Shown: positions 36,589 to 46,800 of the stretch, in pieces
How the letters are laid out: the number at the start of each line of letters is the position of its first letter
How positions within the stretch are numbered: position 1 is the stretch's first letter
Source: a virus
Taxonomy: Duplodnaviria > Heunggongvirae > Uroviricota > Caudoviricetes
IMG/VR virus record: IMGVR_UViG_3300017650_000009
Direction: 5' to 3' (one strand)
DNA length: 64,000 bases
Notes under the pieces: model-generated
What the model was told of the DNA's origin: nothing
Database searches by the model: none
What the model saw: the letters and a program-made list of their open reading frames with translations, nothing else
Made by a program: the position numbers and the translations under genes

Positions 36589-37110
36589 ATGTCAGTATCC
36601 CGTCGTAGTTTTCTCACTGGTCTCTTTAGCACTGCTACACTTGCCGTTGCTTTGCCACATTTTGCAACACCCGCGCTTGCACAGACTTATGTGGACAAAA
36701 TCAAACAAGTCGAAATTCTTGTCAATGCGTTGTTGGAAAAGCATCGAACATATTCATTCATAAGCGAGCGTGGTAAGCCAATGAATCATCATCTGTATGA
36801 ATCTCATATGGGTGATACCGGAGTCGATCTTATGTCGTTCTTGGTTATCAATTTCAAAAGAATTGAAATTGATGATCGAACTAAACAGGCATTTCTGCAA
36901 TTAGAAAATCGAGGTGGTGAAATTGATTTTCGATCAATCCCACCCGAAACGATTGAAGAATTTATTCCATTTGTCGTGCTTCGAGAATTGTTCACAATTC
37001 ATAAGGTTAGACCTGCCCCATTGTTTTCGAACAAAGCAAGCTCATATTTTGACATTTTTGCCAAAAGCTTTGTGCCTCTCTTAGATTATGAGCGCTCACT
37101 TAATGTGTAG
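36589..37110 (+). CDS. protein with twin-arginine (Tat) signal
   Basis: SRRSFL plus h-region plus ALA. Confidence 0.7.
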   Translation: MSVSRRSFLTGLFSTATLAVALPHFATPALAQTYVDKIKQVEILVNALLEKHRTYSFISERGKPMNHHLYESHMGDTGVDLMSFLVINFKRIEIDDRTKQAFLQLENRGGEIDFRSIPPETIEEFIPFVVLRELFTIHKVRPAPLFSNKASSYFDIFAKSFVPLLDYERSLNV

Positions 37111-37182
37111 TTTTTGGTTGACTGTTTCCCGGTTCCCGTTATGTTGGGATTAATCAAGTAACAGTAACTAAGGAGATCGAAT

Positions 37183-37542
37183 ATGGATTTCAACGACAAA
37201 CTCAAAAACAATGAGTACCGCACAAAACTCGAATACCCACGCAACAGCTTGTCGCGCCCAACACTCAAGCCGGGTGCCACACCAGATGAGATTCGGGCAT
37301 TTGCTGATCTCACTGAAGCCTACAATGCCGAAAAAATCAAAGTCGAAGAGGCACGGAAAGTTTACCGGGATGATGAACAGCGACTTCAGGATCTGTTCGT
37401 GAAGGAGCTCTTCGAGTATCACGGCGTGACGGATCATCCGAAGGTATGGAAAGCATACCACCTCGCATATGAATATGGTCATAGCGCGGGTATGGCCGAA
37501 GTGGCCAATTATTTCAGTGATCTTGTTGAACTGATCAAGTAA
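37183..37542 (+). CDS. hypothetical phage protein
   Basis: AYEYGHSAG motif; AGGAGATCGA RBS. Confidence 0.75.
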   Translation: MDFNDKLKNNEYRTKLEYPRNSLSRPTLKPGATPDEIRAFADLTEAYNAEKIKVEEARKVYRDDEQRLQDLFVKELFEYHGVTDHPKVWKAYHLAYEYGHSAGMAEVANYFSDLVELIK

Positions 37543-37551
37543 GGAACAATT

Positions 37552-37728
37552 ATGCCCTTCGCAAACTGGGTTGGACCATTCATCCTACGTACCCCTGTGC
37601 AGGAACTTGCCTACACGTTGAGGGCAGCAAAAGCTTGTTTGCGTTGGGCACATGCCAATCCGGAATATCGCCGGATTGGTTTGGATCTTTACCTAAGACA
37701 TAGAAAATTGCGTAAGGAATTGAAATGA
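37552..37728 (+). CDS. small hypothetical protein (58 aa)
   Basis: AAGGA RBS; ATGA-coupled. Confidence 0.55.
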   Translation: MPFANWVGPFILRTPVQELAYTLRAAKACLRWAHANPEYRRIGLDLYLRHRKLRKELK

Positions 37729-38285
37729 GCAAGGACTGGCTCACCGGTAAGGGAAAGGTCGTTTATGATCCATTCCGTGGCGGTATGAAAAACAAAATTG
37801 ATTGGTGGTGCGTCATCGAACTCGATGACAGCATAACTGATTATTACCGTTGGTGGGCCAATAAGTATGTGAATCCACTCGGATATACCGAGGCCGACAA
37901 ATACGACGCTAAGGGGAATTTCACTTGGCATTCACTCCGTGACAAGCGCGAGGATCTCATGCTTCCGAGTTGGGGCGCACATATGAGCATTGTGCGGGGT
38001 GAAAAGCCACGGGAAGACCTTATGCATCTGTGGCGCAAATATCATGGCCAAATTGTTGAATTCAAATATTCGCCCAATGTTCGGTTCAGTGGTGACACTA
38101 GTGGTTCCTCAATGGATCCAGATAAGCAAGGTGTATATTGGTTTATTGATGCTAAGTGTGAACTAGGTACTCATATCCGTGACGAGCTAGAGAAGCCAAG
38201 TCATTGGAATTTCCATATCACCGTTGGTCGAGTTCGTCAAGGACAGGATTTCAAATATATTCCACCAGTGAGGAAACCACTATGA
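37725..38285 (+). CDS. 2H phosphoesterase family protein
   Basis: Two HxS/T motifs: AHMSIV and FHITVG. Confidence 0.65.
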   Translation: MSKDWLTGKGKVVYDPFRGGMKNKIDWWCVIELDDSITDYYRWWANKYVNPLGYTEADKYDAKGNFTWHSLRDKREDLMLPSWGAHMSIVRGEKPREDLMHLWRKYHGQIVEFKYSPNVRFSGDTSGSSMDPDKQGVYWFIDAKCELGTHIRDELEKPSHWNFHITVGRVRQGQDFKYIPPVRKPL

Positions 38286-38677
38286 AAACCAAACGTGGCA
38301 CATTTTATGTTCTTCGCGTTGGTGAAAATTTCTTTGCTGGCATGTCTCCGGTTATGGAAGTTGTATCCAAACAAATCACCGTTCCAATACGGGAGACCAA
38401 GGATAAGAAAAAACTTCCCAAATATTTGTTTGAAAAGATCAATCGTAGCATGTGGTCTTGGGGCGGAGCAAGAGATAGGATTCGTTACACGTATGAGACT
38501 CAAAAGAGTGAACGTATGACTGGCGAATTTACAAATATTTGGACTGATAATCCAAAAGAAGCAAAGCCGTTCAGAGATCATAGCAAAGCATTGACAAAGG
38601 CTAAAGAGCTTGCTAAGGATCTTGGCGTCAATGAAAATATGATCAGGATCGATCTAATAGAAGGAGATAAAAAATGA
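38282..38677 (+). CDS. hypothetical protein
   Basis: GAGG RBS, ATGA-coupled. Confidence 0.7.
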   Translation: MKTKRGTFYVLRVGENFFAGMSPVMEVVSKQITVPIRETKDKKKLPKYLFEKINRSMWSWGGARDRIRYTYETQKSERMTGEFTNIWTDNPKEAKPFRDHSKALTKAKELAKDLGVNENMIRIDLIEGDKK

Positions 38678-39132
38678 TTCTCGAAAAGCTCCGCGCACGT
38701 ACTTTGGAGTACCGCAAAGCTCGTCATCCTATGGCAGCATTCCTGGTTTCCGTCACGGCCAAGGCTGCTGATTTTGCGAAAAAGGAAAACCCGCAGGATC
38801 CAGTCATTACCGAGGATCATGCTGTTCGCGCAATTCAGAGTTTCGTGAAGGGTGCAGAAGACAATATCAAACTGTTGGCTCACGATACGGCAAATCGCCT
38901 TTATGTGCTGGCACAAGAGGAACGCAAGCTGTTGAAGGAATTCCTTCCTGCTGAAGCCACTGATGAAGAAGTTCGTGCGTTCGCAGTGGCATTTGTTGAG
39001 GAACGCGGTGATTGGATGGGTGCAAAGATGGCACTTATGGGTGGTATCATGGCGGAACTCAAGCATAAGTTTGGTGCGTCTCTCAATAGCGCGGCTGCAT
39101 CCAAAATTGTGAAGGAAGTGTTGAGTGAGTAA
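38674..39132 (+). CDS. GatB/YqeY domain protein
   Basis: E..LL.EFLP...TDEEV, MGGIMAELK.KFG...N...ASKIVKE.L. Confidence 0.75.
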   Translation: MILEKLRARTLEYRKARHPMAAFLVSVTAKAADFAKKENPQDPVITEDHAVRAIQSFVKGAEDNIKLLAHDTANRLYVLAQEERKLLKEFLPAEATDEEVRAFAVAFVEERGDWMGAKMALMGGIMAELKHKFGASLNSAAASKIVKEVLSE

Positions 39133-39544
39133 ACCCACTGATTTCATTTTGTGGTTTAACGGAACGCCGGTGACTCTAAGTCTTCTAGAGCACTGGCGTC
39201 CTGGTATCACAAGCTGCGGTATAGTCGAGGCTCTTGAGTGTTTGCCTGAGTATTTCGGGCAAGCCACTAGTCGCGTCAGCATTGCGGATATAAAGCTGGA
39301 TTTCAAATTTACACCGAAAGCTGGTGAAACTCCTGAATCCCTACGGAAAGAACGACAGGTACTTGAGGACCAATATCTTATTGCGGTTCAAAAATATCTG
39401 GAACACGACCGCACAATGTCGAATGAGTCTTCATATGACGATAAAGTCCTTTGGGCTAATCTGAACTGTGATGTAAAAGATGTTGAAGAAAAACTAATTG
39501 AGATCAATAAAAAGATTTCAATGGTTTCAAGGCTTTCCGAATAA
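39125..39544 (+). CDS. hypothetical protein
   Basis: coupled ORF. Confidence 0.6.
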   Translation: MSKPTDFILWFNGTPVTLSLLEHWRPGITSCGIVEALECLPEYFGQATSRVSIADIKLDFKFTPKAGETPESLRKERQVLEDQYLIAVQKYLEHDRTMSNESSYDDKVLWANLNCDVKDVEEKLIEINKKISMVSRLSE

Positions 39545-39675
39545 AATTCAGTTTATTTCAAAAAAGTTAGAAAAACAGGTTGACGCCTTCCTATCCTATG
39601 TTATGTTGAGTACATGAAGCGCACAACAAACAACGCGCTAACGGAAACAGAAACAAAGATCGAAAGGAATACAAA

Positions 39676-40005
39676 ATGGCTAAGGTTCTCAATTTCAACG
39701 TTGCAGCTCTCGCACTTCTCGGTTCGAACGTTCAGGTTCGTGTGCGCGTCAAGAACGATGCACTTCAGGTTCGCCCATCGGCACGTGTGCTGGCAACGAA
39801 TCTTCCGGAAGGTGAAGTTATGCGCAACGTGAGCTTCAAGCGCGAAGGTGACAAGGTTCGCGGCGCTGTGGTCAACCTGAAGGATTTCGGCGGCGAAGCA
39901 GGACAGGCATACGAACTGTCCAAGGGCAAGTACGGCTGGCTCAACCTCACCCCGGTTGCAGAAGTTGCAAAGGGTGCTGCATACGGTCGCGTTGCGGTCA
40001 AGTAA
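39676..40005 (+). CDS. small basic protein, paralogue of 40463-40831
   Basis: LNFN..A..L, VRPS, KYGWLNL; host-like codon bias. Confidence 0.75.
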   Translation: MAKVLNFNVAALALLGSNVQVRVRVKNDALQVRPSARVLATNLPEGEVMRNVSFKREGDKVRGAVVNLKDFGGEAGQAYELSKGKYGWLNLTPVAEVAKGAAYGRVAVK

Positions 40006-40462
40006 TACGCCGATAAGGTCGGCAAGGGGCAGTGGTTAATGCTGCCCCCACAGTTAGCTTCCCTTAAACAACTAGAGGAGTATGTGTCCGTTAACAGCTA
40101 ATTTCATTTGTGATTGGTTTTTAGATAGAGACTCAAATTCAACTCTAACGGAAAAAGCTTGGACCTCCAGCCAAGCTTTTTTCTACCTGTGAGTTCCAGC
40201 AAAAATGTTACAGTTTCGTAATATTTGTTGTTAGCTGCTTGGAATCACGTTGACAAAAGCAAAAAACATATAAATCAAACCGTTTTTACGGTTGGCAAGT
40301 TATTGATTTTATTGATGTCAATAACAAAGTTCGTTCAAAACCACTTTAATCACAGTCTTTACGTTGACATTATAGCATAAGGAACTACATTAAGAGCATG
40401 AACAGCACAAAACGGTGCAGTTCTTAAACAGCGCAACAGGCGCATATTTAAGGAGATCGAAA

Positions 40463-40831
40463 ATGGAAAACGCAACTGCAACTGAAACGAAGACCATCGG
40501 CCTGTCCTTCAACGGCAATGCTGTATCGGCTTTCTTGAACAAGATGCCATCGAGCAACCGCTTCCGTGTTGCAAACCACGACGGCGTAATGTTTCTCCGT
40601 CCGACGGATCGCAAGAAGGGTCCTCATGTGTTTGCGGACTTTATGCAGACACCCCAGGCCGGCAGCACACTTCGTGTTCAGCTCACCGACGCACAACTTG
40701 ACAAGCTCGGCATCAACATTGAGCAGGGCCAGAAGTTCGGTGTTCAGCAGGATCGATACGGCTGGTTCTTCCTCACTTCGGACGATTCCGGTATCGAAGG
40801 CGCAAAGGCAACGGTGGTCAAGGGTCAGTAA
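40463..40831 (+). CDS. small protein, paralogue of 39676-40005
   Basis: LSFN..A, LRPT, RYGWFFL; AGGAGATCGA RBS. Confidence 0.75.
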   Translation: MENATATETKTIGLSFNGNAVSAFLNKMPSSNRFRVANHDGVMFLRPTDRKKGPHVFADFMQTPQAGSTLRVQLTDAQLDKLGINIEQGQKFGVQQDRYGWFFLTSDDSGIEGAKATVVKGQ

Positions 40832-40862
40832 AAACTCTTAACTCGGAATGCCAGCACACAAC

Positions 40863-40892
40863 AAAAAAGCGGGACATTGTCCCGCTTTTTAT
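40863..40892. terminator. bidirectional terminator
   Basis: AAAAAAGCGGGAC-att-GTCCCGCTTTTT between convergent genes. Confidence 0.8.
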
Positions 40893-40896
40893 TTCT

Positions 40897-43800
40897 TTAA
40901 AGTTTTCTAATATATGCGGCGCCTGCACCTGGAGTAATTTGGTTTTCACCATTTTTATCCCACTGATGCCCAGGGACACCAATAATAAGATTACCACGTG
41001 GATCAATATCAACGGCATAACCAAACATATCATCAACATCGCTTGCATTGGTCATTGGTGTGCCATCCTCATTTAGGAAACCAATAATATCAGTACCCGC
41101 ATCCCACTGACCCGCGACACGCTTATATGCGGTGATGATACCCTTATTTGAATCATCTGTTGGCTGACCAACTACTAGGATATTATTGTTAAAGCCCAAT
41201 AGTTTCGCACCATCAAGTTGTTCAACAGCAAGATCAAAAGTCTTATCCAGAGTTAGATTTGCACCATCGAACACGAATACATGTACTAGGTCGCGACCGG
41301 ATTCAGCAATTGCAACATTGTTTGTGACATTATCAATCGAAACATATGCGCCGAAACGTGCAAAGTTATTACGTTCTGGAGCAACAAATTTTCCAAGTAA
41401 TGGGAAACCGTTTGTACGAGCATAAATCCAAACCGCACCCGAACCTTCCATACTATTGAGTCCCTGTTCATCATATGCATGTTCAGGAGAACCAACAACC
41501 ACATAAGCACGGCTTGAGCTAATTGATGCACCAAACATATCGCCTTCACCGCGGCCATTTGTCGCGCCCAAGGCACTCAAATAGCTGTCAAATGTAAAGT
41601 TACCAGCATCACGCTTGAACAATGCAACTGCACCAAAGTGTGACAAACTATCTTCGGCGGCAGTACCATTACGCATTGGTATACCAGCAACAGCACGGTT
41701 TGCATCAGCAATTGCTACACTCTCAACGCTTGCTAGTTCGTTACCTTCAAGACCTGGGATATCCTTGGTAATTGTTGAACCACCCAACGAAGCCCATTCG
41801 CCCGGTGCAACACGCTGGAACATTTCAACTCTGTTATCCGTTTCATCGGACTTACTTGTGATGATGTAATTGTCACGACCACCAAGTGTTTGACCAAGTC
41901 CTATAACATTTGTAGTAAGCTTAACTTCTGGATTCCAATTTACACCATTATATCCGTAAACGAACAATGCGCCTTCAGTTGAAAGTGGAGCACCAGTAGT
42001 TGTGAATTTGTGGTAAGGACTTGCCGAAACGATGAAGTCCTTACCCGCAAATACTGACTTACCAAACATATCACCGGCTTGGATACCATTGCTGTAGCCG
42101 ATTTCGTTGAGTTCATACTTAGCAATTCCAAGAGAACCATCAGAACCATACAAATAGCCCAAAGCGTAACCAGCTGCCGGTAGATCAATTTGATTTCCAA
42201 ATCCAGTGTTGCCATCCTTGAATAGTTCGAATGCCATTGTTGTGCTTGGAATGACCAAACGTGACCCAGTTGTGCCAGTAAACTTACGTAGAATTTCACC
42301 AGTCTGTGACATCTCAATAAGCTTGTTCTCAGTTTCAACGCCCACGTATAGCTTTCCGTCCATCACGCTAAGGGAAGAACCCTGCAAGGTCCAACCATCA
42401 ACAAACGAAGATGCATACTTTGCAACATAAGGATATTTGCTACCAGTTAGTGCCGTGTTAGTGAATTTGAAAACGGCTCCAATATCAGTATGTGTAGTTG
42501 TCACACCATTTTCTTCAATTACGTCCTGACCTGGGGCACCAACAAAAATGTTGTTTCCGCTGATAGCAACCGATGTACCAAACTTGTCGTTCTCATTACG
42601 TGACCACATTGAACCATTGTATGTGAACTGAGTCGTCGGTAAGTTTGTTTCACCAGAAACGATCTGAATACCACCAATATTTTCTTCCTTAAACTGCGGT
42701 GAAGCCATGTTTAGGGAATACATTGGAGTACCCAAATAATAATTGGAACCAATTGCCGCTACACCCGTAGTACGCTGTTGTGATGTCGTGAAGCTTTGGG
42801 TTGTTTCAACATTGATAAGTTCTTCTGTTGGTTTATAAGACAAAGTCGAATAACGTTGTGAACCAAACCAGTTGTTTACCACTAGATTTGTTAGATCTAC
42901 ATTCATAGTGGAAATCATACGTCCACTAAGGGTGATAAATTTAGTTTCAGTATCACCACGGATGAAATCAAAATTATAGCCAAAGTATGCATTTGCTGTA
43001 CTAATTTTGTCTGTAATTTTTGACTGTAATTCCCAACTTCCATTGATCTTCTTGTAATATTGGATAGAACCAGAATTTTGAGGAAGAGTATCACCAGTTA
43101 TAGTTTGACTCGTTCCCGGCGCACCTATAAACAAACGGTTATCGTCAAAAATACGAGTCTTATATCCGAATCGTTCATTGGCAACACGCAAGTTTATCTT
43201 ACTTGGTGATGAATACAAACTATATCCGTTTTGGGCTCTATCATACGCTAGTTCAAAATTGTATGTCATACCGCCTGGCATACCATCCTTACGTGAATCA
43301 CCAGCAGTATTATTGCCGCCACCACCACCGCCGGCTGCGATAGCAATGACGTCACCGTTGAACGTAATATACGATGCACCACCGCCATAACCAGCATTTT
43401 GCACTGTAGCAGGAGTTCTAGATCTAGCTCCTGCACCACTCAATGCATCATAACGCAATTGTTCACGACTAGTATCGGCGTCAACAGAACGACCTCCTGA
43501 GCCACCAAGACCAATACGAACAAGCAAAGTATCGGTTTCGGAAACATTTAGGGATCCTCGAATAAAGCCACCCGCACCACCCAAAGCAGATCTTGGAGAA
43601 GTAGGAGCAGTAGTGAAACCAGCAGCACCACCACCTGCACCCCAAAGTTGAATATCAGCAACGGTTGCACCATTAGGAATGTTTACTGGTATTTCATCAC
43701 CAGTAGTACCAGCAACAGTTATAATTTCCCCAGTATTGAATGTTATAATTCCGTAACCATGCTTGCCGTTACGATTTGCAATATCCGAACTATATGTCCC

Positions 43801-46800
43801 ACCTGCACCAGTTGTATGATCAGCACTTGGCAGAACTGAGGTATTACCTGGACTCACTAATGCTTCCCATGATTCTGGCAATTTATTTGTACCACCAAAT
43901 GCGCCGTATGAATCCGTACGAGTTCCACCAGCAAATCCTCCAAGGGCACCACCGCCGCCGCCACCGGCAATGACTGAATCAGAAAATACGGTTTCGGCAT
44001 CACTACCCGCCATTATGCCTCGGTTGGTTCTCCAAACCCCATCAATATTTTTCAGTACCCCAATTGCTCCACTGTTGGCAAGAAGTGGATAGCCGTAAGA
44101 CGAGGCTAATGACATAACAATGTTTTCACCTGAAGGTTTAATAACCGCTTGGGTCAAGTTATTTTCCATAGCGTTCGAAGATGTCAACTTCCAAGTTGCA
44201 TTTTCTGCAGGTTCATAAACAAACGAAGCTATGCCAGGAGTCGAAACTACTAATTTCTCATCTGCCCAAGACATACTTGCGCCAAAAGAATTAGTAGAAC
44301 CCAAAGTTGGACTCATAATAAAGGAATGGTAATCATATTTTGATGTATGCGGATTCCATTCATAAACATAAATTCGACCCCAATTAGTATATCGTGTACC
44401 AGCAATTGATAATGACATTGTATTTGATGAACTAGACCAATACCAAGGGAATGCACCATCGAATGACGCAGCAATGGCCAATTTGGAACCATCCGGTGAT
44501 AGCACCATCGAACGCGCATAATCTAGTGTAAGATTATTTGAACTTAATGCTGTGGACAAAACGTGACCAGGTTCTAGAACATTTGCACCATTTTTAGTTT
44601 GTGATGTAATCGGGTTCGCATTAAAAGTCCACGACGTTGCCGATGTTGGACTAATCGTAAATGCGGCTCCATACATACGAGCCATAACATCTGGTGTTTC
44701 CGGATATGTTGGATTGGTGTTAGCCATAACAACTGTATTTGTTTTATTATCAAACAAAACGTTTTGTGTATTTGTAGAAGCAAATGTCATTGAATAACCA
44801 GCAACAGGAGCAATTGTTGTTGGCTGGAATGTATTTGAACTATCCAGCGTAAACATCGTCGAACCTGTATTGGTTGATCCTGCAAATAATACTCCATCAC
44901 CCATGCCTACGTTCAAGCCATTACTAGTCGTAGTTGTAGTTTCAAATGTAATTTTCTGATGAGCAGTAAAACTACCATCATCCAAAACATAGGTGTATAT
45001 ACCACCACGAGTTGGGTTAGTTACGGTGCCCATATAGTTGTACTTGTAATTCGGAACACCCACAGCAACACAACCCTTAAACACACTTACTGATGTGCCA
45101 AACTGGTCATCCTGATTTCGATTGTTAACAAAACCATCAATTTGATAAACCTGTCGAGTTTTTGCAGTATTATTTGTTACGGTTTCAAAATAACCAGAAG
45201 CTGGTCCTGATTGAGTTGCCCCTGGCGATCCAATGTAGAATAGGTTTCTAGAATCATCATACGCCATACCACTACCAAACAAAGCGTTTGATGTTGTATT
45301 GGTTACTATTACCGTATTTGCGAATGTAGCAGAAGGTCCAGTTCCAGAAGAAGTCAAAGTAAATGCCGCACCTGAATTATTGGATACTTTCTGAGAAATC
45401 ATAAATCCACTGTCAGCAAATCGTTCAATACGACTACCATAATATAGATTATTAGAAGGATTAGTAATACTAACTTGTTTTTTGTTCAAACGCCATGCGT
45501 GTTTAATATCGTCCCAATAATAGATGTATGCTGAACCATAATTAGTTCCAGTACTAGTAACCAATGGCGTTCCAGCATATGAATTACCAGTAGCACTAAC
45601 AATAAGGAATTTTTTATCATTACTAAAACGTACCACTTCACCGAAGAAATCGTTTCTAGAACGCATCAATACTTCATTTTCATATGTTGTATTATAGTTT
45701 AGAGTTCCATAATCGTATAAACCAGCAGACATAAATGGTACAACATATGTAGAAACCGTGGTTGCCCATGCGGCTGTTTCACTTGTACGGGTACGCTCGT
45801 TGAATGCACCAAAACGATATGGTATGTTACTCGTCGTGTAAGTTCCACCAAACGCAGGAGCACCCATAATGATTTTAGTAGGCGAAATCATTACGGCAGA
45901 ACGAGTAGTGAACGAAGGTGCAGAATTTAGTTCATTCTGATATTTCCATTTTGAGCCATCATAGTTAAAAATTCTGGAATACCCGGCCATACTCGTTGTA
46001 TTTGTACCATAACTTGTAAGAATTGCAAATTCACCATTAAGATCTACGGTAGTTCCATATAATGTTCCTGTTGCAATATTTGTTTCACTCATCAATTTGG
46101 ATTTAAATGCCCACGAATTGCCGTCCTTAACAAACATAAATCCAGCACCAGTTTGATTAGCCGTTGCGCCAGAATCAAGCAAATTGTATCTAGGTGCGCC
46201 AACAAGTAGACGAGTGCCATCAGTGACCATTGATGCGCCAAACTCAGCAACCGTTCGTGAACTTACTGTCTGTTTTGTTTCGAATGTTGTTGGATTAATG
46301 GTATATTGTTGTGATGCAACATTCAATTCAAGCAAATTCAACTTACCAAAACTAATATTATTGTTCGAAGTTTGATCAGGGCTACCAACTACAATGTTAT
46401 CGGAATCTTCGAAGAAATTCAAAGATGAATTCAAATATGTTGTTGGTGCAAATGTTGTTGGACCTCTGTATTCAGTAAATCCAATATTATCTACTTGTTG
46501 AGTAAGTGTTAGTGACGTCCCATTAGTATAGACGAAAACTGAACTATTGGCATATGTTCCTGCAGATTGTGGTGTAGTTGATGTCCCAATAGTAACTTTA
46601 TTTCCTCTGGTATCAATTCGTGATCCAAAGAGCCAATTCTGAGAACTCGTAGGATACAAAGACTGAATATTCTTATATGCGACTTCAGGCGCACTATAAC
46701 GGAATACCTCAGTAGATCCCGTATAAGACGATGTATTGGTATTAGAATACAACGGTTTTGTATTTTTCGGACGACCAACAATGATATCAGTACCTGAGAT

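Noticed and set aside
38578-39306. 242-aa minus-strand ORF
   Set aside because: Antisense to YqeY and its neighbours in a uniformly + strand region
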